Source: Chiloscyllium plagiosum | Lineage: Eukaryota | DNA length: 60,585 bases | Direction: 5' to 3' | NCBI RefSeq assembly: GCF_004010195.1 | Contig: NC_057740.1 | Location: 10,341,709-10,402,293 of the forward strand | Part shown: one piece after another, positions 1 to 12,292 of the stretch | Numbering within the stretch: the first letter of the stretch is position 1 | Layout: every line of letters begins with the position of its first letter | Made by a program: the position numbers and the translations under genes | The notes under the pieces: model-generated | Told to the model about the DNA's origin: nothing | Database searches by the model: none | The model's input: the letters and a program-made list of their open reading frames with translations, nothing else

Positions 1-79
1 GGCTCCTCAGACAACAACCTTCTAAACTCAATGGTACCACCATTCAAAATGACAATAGGGCAGCAGATACATTAAAACA

Positions 80-437
80 AACAAGGTTCTGAGGGGGCTA
101 GCTATTAAAAAATATGTTTCCATTTGCACTTTAATCTCAAACTAGGTTTCATAATTACAGAATAAAGGGATTCTCATTTAAAACTGAGAAACAAAGGAAT
201 TTCTTTCTCAGAGATTTGTGAATATCTGGAATTTTCTAGCCCACAGAATTATGAAGGCTGGATCACTGAAAGTATTTAAGGAGGAGGTAAATGGATTTTA
301 GAAATATCCATGAATTGAGGGCTATAAGGATCTGGCATGACAAGGCCTAAGATATATCAATTATGTTCTTATGGAATGGTGGGACAGATTTGAGAGACCG
401 AATGGCCTACTGCTGCTTCAATTTCTTATGTTCTTGT
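80..437 (+). mobile_element. CR1-clade LINE 3' end (degenerate)
   Basis: Degenerate RT C-terminal region followed by the CR1-type tail atggcctactgctgcttcaatttcttatgttcttg; the same tail recurs near 48750 and 52500. Confidence 0.7.
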
Positions 438-1267
438 TCTATTATCAACCTTCAATATATTAATAACATATACTGTGACTCCTTTAGTTTTTTCGGTTTT
501 TTTATATTGGCTCAGATTGTCTGGTTGCCAGATCATTGAAGTCTGGTTGCAAGTTGCATATTGGGACCATACGGAAGATTTGACATACTGACTCAATGGA
601 GACAGCCAGAAATTTGAACTCCTGATAGGTAAATCCCCTACTCACTGGTCCTTCTGAAGAAGTCTCCAACTGTGAGTGAGAGTTTGAGACTTTAGATAAT
701 TCTGGCGTGCTTACTTGAATCGCTATCCTGGAAATGATAGAAAAATCCTAGTCTGCCTCCTGGGAAACCATACAACTGTCCCCTTACCATCCACATTCAT
801 TCATTCTTTTGAGATTCTACCACTTCCTCTTCACAGCTCACAACGCATCCAACTGCATATCAATTTTGAAGTTGTACAGTGTATACCAAGGCCTCTGTCA
901 CTAAAAGCAAGGGTGTGAAAACCAATCTTGAGAAACTCTACTACATACAAACTTTCCTCCTAGCCAAAACACATCCCATAACTACTACAGCCTGATTCCT
1001 AACACACAGTTAAGTAAATATCCATGTTGCTACTGTCCTTTTCATTTTGTAATCTTTAATTTCACACCTTGAGTGGCATTTTATCAAATGCCTTCTAAAA
1101 ATATATGTGCTGCACATCAGCAGCATTACCTCATTAAATCATCCGATTACCTGAGGATACTTAAAAAGTACTAGTTATTACAAAATGAAGGAGTTACTCC
1201 ACCATCGAGATTAAATTATAGTTTAACAACCGATTGTTGTTGGCCTAGTCTTTTACACCCATTTTAC

Positions 1268-1480
1268 AATCATCGAATCCCTACAGTGTGGAATCACAGC
1301 ATTTGGCCCATCGATCACACCAACCCTCCAAAGAGCATCCCACCCAGATCCACCCTTCTATAACCCTGTAACCCTGCATTTCCTATGGCCAATTCACCTA
1401 GCCTGCACATCTCTGGACATTATGGGTAATTTTGCATAGCCAATCCAGCTAACCTGCACATCTTGGGACAATGGCATGAC
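1268..1480 (-). mobile_element. HE1-type SINE, 3' portion
   Basis: Matches the reverse complement of the 3' half of the full copies at 14592 and 5497 (acctgcacatct..ggac, ccctacagtgtgga). Confidence 0.75.
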
Positions 1481-2999
1481 ATTTGCAATTCCCCTGTACT
1501 CTGGCACAATAATGAGATTAAGAAAGATGGGAATATTCTGGCCAGCATAATTTCTACTCTCATTTGGATAAGTGTTGGATACATTCCAACTAATTCTGTA
1601 GGCACATCCACTTTGTGTACAAACAACGAATCCTGACCTCCTCCTTATCAATTTCAACCCTTTCAAGTGTCTGAATTACATCATCTATCACCATGACCTG
1701 GGCAGCATTCTTCCTTGGTAAGGACAGATGCAAAGTGTTCAATTAATATCTCAGCTGTTCCATTTGTCTCCATGTGTAATTCCTCCCTTCAGTCTCTAAA
1801 CAGCCCATAGCTCAGTTCACCACCTTTATCCTACCTATACATCAACAGAAAACTTTAGAATTCCTCATTATACTTGCTGTTGATCTCCCCTCTAAACGTC
1901 CAAATAATCAGCCTGATTCTTTGCTACTTTATCCACCGGACGTCTTTGTAGAGTATGTTTTTTTTCATCTTTCTCATAATTTCTATCTCTTTTGCCATCC
2001 AAGGGATCTGGATTTATCCTTTCCACTTCCTGGAAATAGACTTTGTCTGACCAAACATTCTATTCTCTGAGACAGCTGACTGTTCAGTTCGTATTTTGCC
2101 GACCATCCTTTGATTCCAATTGATTTACCCAATACTCATTCTCACTCCACTGAGGCTGGAATTCTCCCAGTTAAATATTTTTACTCGGGATCATTCCTAG
2201 TAATTTTCATAACCTCTGTAATACAACAGTCATTGTCCCCTAAATATTCCCTTGCTAACATTTGATCTACTGACCACCCCCAACATTCCCAAGCACCGAG
2301 ACTAGCAGTTCATCTATTCTCACTGGATTGGAAAGATAGGGCACAATCTTCCAATATTTTGTATGAGAGCAAGGATGCTAAGTAGTGCACTATAATGTCA
2401 CCCATGCCACTAAGAAAATGACCTACTCGCACCAATCTTTAACAGCTAACCAACAGAGGATAGGCATACTTGTTGACCTATAACAGATGTATCAGATTAC
2501 CAGTAGCTACTACCAATGACTGCCAGTTGAGACCTAATCCTCAATGGATCCAACAGTGAGAAGGTAGGTAATGTTTATATCATTCTTATGGAATGTGGCT
2601 CTTAGGAAGTCATGGGGCCATTAATGACACAGCAAAGTCAGTCACCCTCTTTCCCCCAATTTGTGCTGCTGATTGCCTCCAGAATGTCCCTTTTGGAATG
2701 TCCTTGCTTGTTACTCTGGGTTTCTACTTGGGAAACCAGACACCTTTCTCTACCACCAAGAACACTGGTAATTGGGATGGTAGCAAATTGAGACCTTTAA
2801 AAACCATTAATTGGAACTTAAGGAATTTAATTGCCAGTGGATCAAGAAGGTTGCTTATCAACATTCTCGCAAGAAGTCAATTATGAGGTTGTGAAAAGGG
2901 GTGAGTATCTCAACAGACCCAACTTAACCAATTATTTCTCCTTCTTGCCACTTCTCTTGGCATCTTTAGTGAAATAACTTCACAGAGGTTGGCATCCCA

Positions 3000-3222
3000 T
3001 CATCAAGCCATTCATTATGTACACATGGACAGCCTTTGACACTGATCCAGTTCCCTCAGAGCCAGCTGTCAAGGTGAGCAGAACGTCTGACACTTCTCTT
3101 TTTATATGTCAGACTGGGCTCCCTGATTGGACCAGATTAACAGCCCCAATCAGGGAACTCACATTCTATGAAGTCCACTTGGCTGACATCATTAGGGAGT
3201 GGAAAATTTGACTCATACTACT
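3000..3222. repeat. LTR-like interspersed repeat, same family as 19316-20183
   Basis: Shares ccctgattggaccagattaacagccccaatca with ttcctgattggcccaggttaacaatcccaatca at ~20111-20143. Confidence 0.55.
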
Positions 3223-4440
3223 GTAGAAAATTCTCCTGTAAACATTACAGAAAGTTTTGCCTTGCTTACCCTCACTCACACTCCAACTATTCTAGTCTAT
3301 ATTCCAATAATTACAATTTCCCATTATAATAGCTCTCTAATTCTTGTATTTCCATGAAAATTCTTTGCAAATGTGCACATTATACCATTTTTGTTCCTTA
3401 TCTCTAGCCAACTGGATTTCATTCTTGACTTCTCTGAGACATCTTCTCTCACTAACACTGCTACGGTATTCTTAATCAATTCTGCCACCCCTCCCTCTTT
3501 CCTTCTTTTCCCCCCATAACAGAAATATTTAATGCCTAGGCTGGAATATATTGGATCAGATTGTCTTTATCTGATGCTTTTTGTATATTTTTTGATCTGC
3601 ATACTAAAATTCATTCTTTTCAATTGTGCTTTGATGTTCTATTGGGTGACTGAAAACTTGATACAAGTTGGAATAACTGATAGAAGGAAATTATTAATAC
3701 AGGAGTGATTGCTAGGACAGAGATATCCAAACCTTGCAAGAGGAAATTTTGAATTGTCAAAGTTCCTGGAACACTGGAAGCAAACATCATTTATGTTAAG
3801 CTACTGGCAGAAAAGATGGTAATAGGAAAACCCAAATCACTTTCACAATTATCAACTGAGAGGTTGCAAGAATGATTAATGTTCAGTTTGATATAAAGAA
3901 TTCAATCTGCATCCTATTGGAGTGCCAGAATGTTACCCTTCATGACATTGAGACTAATTCCAGAGTTTGCATATAACTTATACTCTCTGAGTGGTACAAC
4001 TTATCAAACAAAATCCAAATAAACACGTTGTCAGAAGATTATAAATTGTGGAGTTTTCTAACTGTGTTTGTTGGGATATTTCCAACACTGTAAGTAACAA
4101 AAGATGGACCTTTTGCATTATGTTATGTACAAATGAGCATCTCAAATCAATCAAATCAATCAGCTCTCCACAACAGAGTTCTGCACAGAAAACTATTGTA
4201 CAATTAAAGAAACATTATCTAATTATTTTTAAAGAACAGGTTAAGTTCAGAAGTTAAAGTACTTTTGTGTGATTTTGGGTCACCAATGTTTATTGATGTC
4301 AAACTCCATAAGACATATCCATTAAACCAATCTGATTAATGGGTGGATACAGAAGAAGATAATGAGGGGGCTTAAAACTCTGCCTATATTTGACAACACT
4401 TAGTACATAATTAGGAATTATTCTTTGGATTTTCGAAGAG

Positions 4441-4529
4441 TATATAATGCAACACCAAACTGTAGCTCCAATACAGAACAACTTAGTTTCCAGTGACTTT
4501 GTTGGTCCTACAACCAATACATTCACAAG
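4441..4529 (+). promoter_or_regulatory. TATA box and probable non-coding exon 1 of cathepsin gene A
   Basis: TATATAA at 4441-4447; strong donor caag|gtgagt after 4529; 22-nt block at 4466-4487 is 19/22 identical to the equivalent region of gene B. Confidence 0.6.
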
Positions 4530-5255
4530 GTGAGTTCAAGTTAGTTTTTGTCATTAAAAAGTAACAAAAGCCCATTGTGTGGACTGATATTTCATATAAA
4601 AGTTATAGGTAGTTATTTATATGTGATATATCTGTGTAAATGCAGAAAAATCCACAGCAAATTTTAGTCCATGAATGGGAATGTTTCCATTAAAATAATG
4701 GGCAAAAGTGACATGAAATGAACTCTGTGTTATTTACCAGATGACCACTTTTGGTGTCTTGTTGTATTTTCCACCTCTACAGTCTATAGTAAGGGGCATA
4801 TTTTGAGGTAGATTTGGCTGCTACCAAATCTCCCTTTGTCTTGGGTATATCTAATGATTAGTGGTTGAGTTAAGTATCCGTAAAAAAAACTTCTGCGGTG
4901 ACAAGTGCATTTATAGCATAATAGTCAAATGCATGACTACGTGTAATCAGGAACAAATATTCACACTTCAGAAAGCTGGTAAAGAGACATTTGACCCTCC
5001 AAAAACTTTGTTTTCTAATAATGGGAACCTTTCAGAGTTAATTCTGCCTTTACATATTCAGAAAAAGCCATCACCAGGTGATCGACAGTTCAGTTCAATA
5101 GAAACTAAGCTCACTTAGAATAGGTAAAACAAGGAATATTGATTCATTAAGAGACGATCTTAATAGTGTGCATAGGAACATGATATTTTGAACTTGAATT
5201 GTTTCCCCACGTTATTCTTATTTTGCTTTCTGTAGCTTTTGTTCGATACGACACC

Positions 5256-5318
5256 ATGGAGCTTTCCAGCTTTTTGATGTTCATTTTGGTTGCTGCCTGC
5301 AGAACTTCAGCTAACCTG
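5256..5318 (+). CDS. Gene A signal-peptide exon (MELSSFLMFILVAACRTSANL)
   Basis: Acceptor tgtag at 5235, Kozak-like accATGg, hydrophobic core, phase-0 donor ctg|gtaaga. Confidence 0.8.
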
Positions 5319-8300
5319 GTAAGACATGAAGTCTCGAAAAGTTGGATGGAGGTTATACGTATTCAGGTTCCAGGTTCATCTTCAAACATAAGATGTGCAC
5401 AAACAAATTCCAGAAAAATCAGCAATTGGGAGATGAGTTTTTGTTTCAATCCTTATAAGCTGGAATGCACTTCCAGAAAAGATGGAAGCAGATTCTTTAG
5501 TGGTTAGTACTGGTGCTGTGAGGCACCTGTGAGGACTCAGGTTCAATTCCAGCCTCAGGTGATTGTGTAGAGTTTGCACTTTCTCTTCGTGTCTGCATGG
5601 GTTTCCTCAGGTGTTCTGGCTTCCTCCCGTAGTCCAAAGATATGTAGGTTTGGTGCATTGGCCATGCTAAATTGCCCATAGCGTCCTGGGATGTGCAGGC
5701 GAGGTGGATTAGACATGGGAAATGCAAGGTTATAGGCAGGGTGGGTAGGTCTGGGTGGGATGTTCTTCAGAGGGTCATTGTGGTCTTCTACCACACTGTA
5801 GGGTATCAATGATTCTAGGCGAAAGTGAGGACTGCACATGCTGGAAATCAGAGTCAAGATTAGAGTGGTGCTGGAAAAGCACAGCAGGCTAGTCAGCAAC
5901 TGAGGAGCAGGAAAATCGACATTTCGGGCAATTGTTTTGCCTAAAACATCGATTTTCCTGCTCCTCGGATGCTGCCTGACCTGCTGTGCTTTTCCAGCAC
6001 CACTCTATCTATGATTCTATGATACTTTTCAAACTGGAATTGGAAATAGGAACAGTTGGAAAGTGATGGGGATTAATTAAATAATCCTTTCAGAGGCTGT
6101 TGAAGGAATAAAAGGGCCTGCATCAAGACTGTCAATTTTTAATGTTCAATAATTAGGGTTTCAACACCATTTCAAAACCATCTTTCCAATTTTAAGGGAA
6201 ATGTGGATCTAAGCCAGTTAACTTTCATCATAGACAGAGTTTATTAATTAATCAAGTCACCCTTTTATGTTCACTCAATCAATTATTTAATCAGTGTTCC
6301 CTAATTACCTGCTTAACTACATGTTTATTGACAAAAAGGTCCAATGATCTTCTTCCCATTGCTGAAAATGAGCAATTTTACTGCAAATTTACACTTTATA
6401 AGCAATCTCTTTTAATAAATGAATGAATAGATGGTAAACAAATTACTGATTACTATCCAACATAAAGCAGGAACGTATACATTTAAACTGGTCTTTGATC
6501 AATCTACACAAGTGGTGAATGAGACAATTGTAAGTGGCTGGTTCTCTGTTTTAATGGAAAGGAATTCTAGATCAGTTGGCCAATCATTCTGTAACAATTG
6601 CAATATTCACAGTCATTAATTTATCAAAGGACATTAATTGTCCGCTCAACTGGTTTAATGTGAGAAAAGGACTTCCATGAGCTTTAGTAGGATTGATTTT
6701 GGTTCTTTGAACAGAATTGTTTCCTGATATTTTGTGGTATTTTCCACCTCTACCAGTCTGAGTAAGGGGTATGTTTTGAGGTAGTTCACTGCTGCTAACT
6801 CTCCTTTGTCTTTGCTTTGTCTGGGACCTATCTAGTGATTAGTGGTTGAATTAAGTATCTACAGAAAAGGAACTGTTCTGAGATAACAAGAAATTACTTT
6901 AATTGTGAATCACTTTTCCCTCAGGTATTCCAGGAAACCAACCAATTAATGAGAGAGAAAGTGGGAGACAAAATGTCAAAACTGGCAGATCTCAGTTTAG
7001 AGGAATTGAGTTCTCTTCCAGAGCAGAAGGATTGGCGTGATGATAATTATGTTACAGCCGTGAAGGACCAGGTACCCATTAATTTTCATCATGTCATTTG
7101 TAACCTCACTATACAAACAACCTGTTCAATGACTTTAAATCCTACTAACTGACATGAAATAAAGCAGAATCAGTCTGTTTCACTGGTGGTACCATCCAGT
7201 TGGATGTGATTTTCATTGCTGAGAAGAAATGCAAATGTTAGCATTTTCTTTCTCTCTCCAGGAAATGCTGCCAGTCTCACAGCAGCCTCCAAAATTTTGT
7301 GTCAGTGAAACAATATGTGAAACCTTATTGTTGCCCTTTCAAATTTATTTCTTTGATGGATGTTAGGGCCAAATTGGGAGTTGGTTTAACTCACTTGGCT
7401 CAACAGTTGGTTTGCAAAGCAGTGTAATAACGACAGTTGTGGGCTCAATTCCCAGCAAAGGCTGAGGTTATCATGAAAGACTCTCCTTCTCAATCATGCC
7501 CCTTGCCTGAGGCATGGTGGCCCTCAGGCTAAATCTCCACCAATCATGTTTCTCTAATGAGAGAGCAGCCCCATTACCGAGTCAGACTATGGCAGCTTGA
7601 GGGTCAAATTTGAACCTATGATTTTCTGAAGTGTGTCCTAACACTGGCCGAGAACCTGACTGATTTTTCTCCCTTCCATTATGTCCTATTAATGTGCTGA
7701 TTAGCTCTGTACAGCCAAATCATACGAGAAGCTCTTAAACTGTATGGTCAAATGTTTTGTGTCAGCAGTGTATTTGCTACTCAGCCATTGAAAGCAGAGT
7801 ATTACATAAACATCACAGGCATGTCTTTTGGTGTCTCGCAATAATTCAGTTGCAGAATGAATTGTCCACACTTTGCAATCTTTGGCAACTTCTCCCTGTT
7901 CCACGACCTCTTTTGCCAACAAGGAAAGTAATTCCCAGTATTACAGGAAATCGACCACATCCCACGATCAATGCCATCCTGACATAATTGCCATTTCTTC
8001 CTCACCAGTGAGTAAAAATTGCAGAATACTCAACATCGCCAGGGCTGCACCATCACTAATATGACACCAACAGGTCAAGTAAATCCACAAAACTTACAGA
8101 GGGAATGAAGGAATGAATTTGTCCTTGATAGCATCATTGTCGTATAATTATGTTAATAGTCATAAAATTATGTGATGGGAGAATTTTTACAGCAAATAAG
8201 TATTACAATGAAAAAAATGTTCATATTACATTTGAGACTTCTAATCAAGATATACAGGCAGAAAGAGTAGCTCTGAAGTAAGCAATTTGAGAAACAGACT

Positions 8301-11300
8301 ATACAGAATTGCTTTTTAACATTCAGATATTTAAATAATGACATCCACAAGTAGATAATCCACATTTCATATTCTCATGCTATTAGTTTTCATTGGAAGT
8401 GATGAATGATCAAGAGAAAGAGTTTTGTTATATTCATATCTGTTTTGTGATCAGGGCCAGTGTGCATCGTGCTGGGCCTTTTCTGCAGCTGCAACGATGG
8501 AAGGACAACTGTCCAATACAACCAACGACCTCCTCTCACTCAGTGAGCAAAACCTTGTGGATTGTGCAAAAAGCTATCAGAATCAAGGATGCAATGCTGG
8601 ATGGGTGCATCGTGCTTTGGAGTACATTCGTGACAATGGAATTGAAACTCGTGGAACATACCCCTACGTAGCAAAGGTACATTTGTTGCTTTACTATTCT
8701 CATTTTCACACAGTGATTCTCTATGTTCAGTTCAGCAACAGTTTGAAGTTTAACTTTCATTTTACACTTACAGGAAGTGACCACATCTTTATGCACAGCA
8801 CATGTTTTACATTCTAACTTGCATCAGTGCAGTGAATTTCCTATTATGCTTCCTCAAAACATCCTATCTTGAGTTAGAACTGTAATCTGTTCTATTAATA
8901 ATTATTGATTGTTGCTAGATCTTTACATTCTTTCCCTTGGAATTTAGTGAAAGGAAGGGTGGGATTGGGTTTGGGGTTGGAATTAAGGGTGAGAATGGAC
9001 TAGGTTTCATCAGTTACAAGAATCCCAATGGACATCAACCCAGAAACACACATTGAAGTTGTCTTGAGTGGAGTCTCTTTCATATATAGGAGAATGCTAC
9101 CACAAAGACAATGGACCAACTGGACAAGTCTCACCGTTCAGCTGGCCTTTCTTCCCAATGCAGAAGCGTTGACCCTGACTCCTATTGTACTCTTTGATAT
9201 TGGACAGCATCAACAATCAAACTTGACACAGTGTATGTCAGAGTGCAGAAGGGACTGCTTCCAAATTGTAGGGAGTCTATGATTCTATGATGATTGTTCC
9301 CCCTGCTTACAGGATGTAGTGAGATCAAGGTGGAGGATGATTGTTGAGACCAATAGTAGTGTTTCCTCAGCTACCCCTACTGAGACCAGCTAATTTCAGA
9401 AACAGTCAGGAACAATACTTGGGCCTTCTTAGGCCACATGCCTCAGCCTCTAACTGAGAATTGGATTGTATTGAATCCTGAATTGGCTGACACAATCAAT
9501 TTTAGATTCTTAGAAGCTTGTAAAGAATTCAGTAACAGAATTCTGGAAATAATGATCTGACTTTTTGATTTGAAAAAATGATATTTTTCTCTTCCAATTT
9601 CAGAAGCAAGCTTGCACATTTGATTCAGCAAATTCTGTTGGAACACTGTCCCGTTACGTTGATATTAAGAATCTGGAAGAGACAGAAATAATGGAGATAG
9701 TGGCAAAACACGGACCAGTGGCTGTACATGTTTACATGAGTGATGCATTCTTGAATTATAAAGATGACAGTAAGCTAATTATCACTCACCCCTTTATTCT
9801 CTCTATTTCACATCCTATCATGCAATTTACTGTACTGTGCATCCATTTAACAAACTCCACTAAAACTACACAAATAATTTCACATAAATTGAGGCAAAAA
9901 GACAACTAAACCTTTTGTACATTACACTAAAACTTGTGAAGACATTGAGAAAATTCCCTCTACACTATCCCTTCTGACATATGCATGTATAATGTTTACC
10001 ACTAAAGGTTAGTTAGACTGAGTCCAGGCCTATTCTCTTCTACTCAGTGTTGTTACAACTCATAGATCACAATGCTCCAACATCACTGATTACTTGTTTC
10101 CCATTGTTATTTACATATACATATGTATCCATCCAGTCAAGTGGTGGCCCAATTATCCCTTAACTAACTTATAACCATCACATGTTACCGATTTCCATTT
10201 GGTCTCAGGCAATTGCCAGATCCTACTAAATGATAGTAAAATGGAAAAAAGATTTTGTTTTGTGGTTTTTAATGTAAAGTTAAATTTTAAAACTACAAGT
10301 AAATTGCTACATGACAACCTTTAAACTAAATGAATATACTATTTGAAAGGACTTCAGTGAAAGTCTACTTTGGTCAACACAATCACCCTTTTATATCTGA
10401 AATTTGACCTTGACATGATGTCTTCATATTGTGCTGTTTTATAGGCATTTTTGATGATACTAACTACAATGGTGAAATACCTAACCATGCTGTGACAATA
10501 GTGGGCTACGTGAATAAGGTTAATGAAAAATATTGGATCATTAAAAACAGGTAAGTGGTATGGATTGTGGAATAGGAGTTGAAATAGGTGGAGAATCCTT
10601 GAGATTTTAAGTGTTGAAGGACACACAAGAATTTGGGTGTCTTTCCTTTTGAAGAAAGCTAACTTGGAATGGTACTTTTACTCGAAGGAACATTCCACAT
10701 GCTTCAAAGGATGGATGATAAGCTGTTAAAATATTAGATAGGCATAGAAAACAATTGAAGAATCTTAGAATCATAAAATTAATGAACCCCCACCTTGCAG
10801 GTAGAGGCTATCCGGCCAATCGAGTCTGCACAGACCCTCCAAAGAGTATCCTGTCCAGCCCCATACCATGGCCTCGTACCAATAATTGCACATTACCCAT
10901 GGTTAATTCACCAAGCCTGCACACCCGTGAACACTGTTAGCACGACCAATCCACCTAACCTGCATATCTTTGGACTGTGGGAGGAAACCGGAGCACCCGG
11001 AGGAAACCCACGCAGACATGTGGAGAATGTGCAAACTCCACACAGACAGTCACCAAAGGTTGGAATCAAACCCAGATCCCTGGCCCTGTGCGGCAGAAAG
11101 AAACAAATGTTCTGACTGAGAAGAGGAAAGTCAAATCACAATGTTAAAGGGGAGATGCTGAAAGTGGGGATCAGAAATTATAGCTGTCATAAATAGAAAG
11201 GAGATACTTAGAAGATACTAATAGACAGACAGTGTGATGAGGGATCCATAGTGGAGAGATGTGTACAGGTAGATCTGAATTTAAATTTGACCAACTTTAG

Positions 11301-11508
11301 AAAGTATAGGCATAAGTGTGATTAAAACAAAACTGTGCAGGAAGTTTTACCTTCTTTGCTTTGGTATGACAAACCTATTTTGCATTTTAACAAAAATTCT
11401 TTCATTATTAGTTTTGGAACCAGCTGGGGTCACAATGGCTACATGAAGATGATTATGTTCAAGAACATGTTAAGAGTAACCGACAGAGTCTTCTATCCAA
11501 TAATCTAA
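5256..11508 (+). CDS. Cathepsin L-like papain-family (C1A) cysteine protease, gene A (spliced)
   Basis: Exons 5256-5318, (6431-6514 tentative), 6925-7071, 8455-8676, 9604-9769, 10445-10550, 11412-11508. All introns are GT-AG and phase-compatible, with no stops. Motifs: LPEQKDWR, QGQCASCWAF (catalytic Cys), SEQNLVDC, NHAV (His), WIIKNS (Asn), FYPII*. 266 aa, or 294 aa with the tentative exon. Confidence 0.92.
5497..5817 (+). mobile_element. HE1-type tRNA-derived SINE
   Basis: tRNA-like head (agtggttagtact..ggttcaattcc), conserved body tccaaagatatgtaggt..ggccatgctaaattg, tail gattcta. Confidence 0.85.
5819..6008. mobile_element. Fold-back Penelope-related short element inserted in the SINE tail
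   Basis: Inverted arms of ~65 bp (tagagtggtgctggaaaagcacagcagg / cctgctgtgcttttccagcaccactcta); same sequence family as the Penelope terminus at 44920-45000. Confidence 0.7.
6431..6514 (+). CDS. Gene A tentative degenerate prodomain exon (MVNKLLITIQHKAGTYTFKLVFDQSTQV)
   Basis: ag|ATG with weak pyrimidine tract, GTG|gtgaat donor, phase 0/0; resembles the NxxxI..H..GxxxFxL..N.F.DL end of the cathepsin L I29 exon. Confidence 0.5.
6925..7071 (+). CDS. Gene A exon: pro-linker and mature N-terminus
   Basis: ttccctcag|GTA..CAG|gtaccc; VFQETNQLMREKVGDKMSKLADLSLEELSSLPEQKDWRDDNYVTAVKDQ. Confidence 0.9.
7380..7598 (+). mobile_element. tRNA-derived SINE, second family
   Basis: tRNA-like head and body ggccctcaggctaaatctccaccaatcatgtttctctaatgagagagcagc; reverse copy at ~26620-26810. 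Confidence 0.6.
8455..8676 (+). CDS. Gene A catalytic Cys exon
   Basis: 222 nt, GQCASCWAFS..SEQNLVDC..GCNAGW..YPYVAK, ag|..|gtacat. Confidence 0.95.
9604..9769 (+). CDS. Gene A exon (KQACTF..GPVAVHVY..NYKDD)
   Basis: ttccaatttcag| acceptor, |gtaagc donor, 166 nt ending in phase 1. Confidence 0.9.
10445..10550 (+). CDS. Gene A catalytic His/Asn exon
   Basis: IFDDTNYNGEIPNHAVTIVGYVNKVNEKYWIIKNS, 106 nt, ttatag|..|gtaagt. Confidence 0.93.
10768..11095 (-). mobile_element. HE1-type SINE
   Basis: Reverse complement of the HE1 body (gcaaactccacacagacagtcacc, ggaggaaaccggagcacccgg). Confidence 0.85.
11412..11508 (+). CDS. Gene A last coding exon
   Basis: (S)FGTSWGHNGYMKMIMFKNMLRVTDRVFYPII*, TAA at 11506-11508; same 97-nt length as the last exon of gene B. 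Confidence 0.9.
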
Positions 11509-11675
11509 CAATATGTGCCTCAAAAAGATACAGTCAACGTGTTGAGGAAGCAGCTTCTGGAAAAACTCTAAGATTTTACTGTTTTGAGGGTAGTGCTTTA
11601 AGGGGTTGTGGAATAAATCTTTTCTGTAGCTAAGTATGATTTCCTGGTGACTCTGTACCATTGAAGTTGAAAAAC

Positions 11676-11686
11676 AATAAAATAAA
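11676..11686 (+). terminator. Polyadenylation signals of gene A (overlapping AATAAA pair)
   Basis: aataaaataaa ~170 nt after the stop, followed by GT-rich ttggtttgtttttgt. Confidence 0.6.
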
Positions 11687-11989
11687 TGAATTAACCTTTA
11701 CAACTTGGTTTGTTTTTGTATACAATTAATCAGACCCTCAAGAGTAGTGTAGGAGGCAGCAGAGGCTGGAGAACCAGGAAGGGGGTGTTTTGGACCTCAT
11801 TTTTTACAGTGGGGGTTTGGTTCTGTATTCTACAAATGATGGCAAATCTCTAACACAATATTGACTCCACAACACAATTGAAAGTTAATTCTGCTTATTC
11901 ACCAAGTGCTTTAGACTAATTTTCTGAAACTGAGTGCACTTGCATGCTGAGTTTGGGATGGGACACATAGATCCCAGATACCTGGCTGC

Positions 11990-12292
11990 TTACATTTTGC
12001 AAAGTTAAGACCAGGCTTTGGTTCTGCTTGTGGAAATCAGCCACACAAAGATTACGGATTGCTTTCACAATATAAAGACCTTCAGTTACATTGGGAAAGT
12101 TGGGAATGTTCTCCTTGGAGAATAGAAGTTGAGAGGCATTCATCATAATGGTGACTGTAAACAGAGTAGATAGCAAGAAACTGTTTTCATCGGTAGAGGA
12201 CTGAGAGCAAGAGAGCACAAATTAAAGGTGATTTACAAAGGAGGTAACAGAAACACGTCGAAAATGAATTTACAAAGTGAGTGATTAGGTTT
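11990..12292 (+). mobile_element. CR1 LINE 3' fragment (old)
   Basis: Degenerate LGMFSLE.RRLRG / TRGH-type RT C-terminal coding remnants. Confidence 0.55.

Noticed and set aside
5256-11508. Calling gene A a pseudogene
   Set aside because: All exons are in frame with canonical splice sites, catalytic residues are intact, and the cysteine loss is paired.
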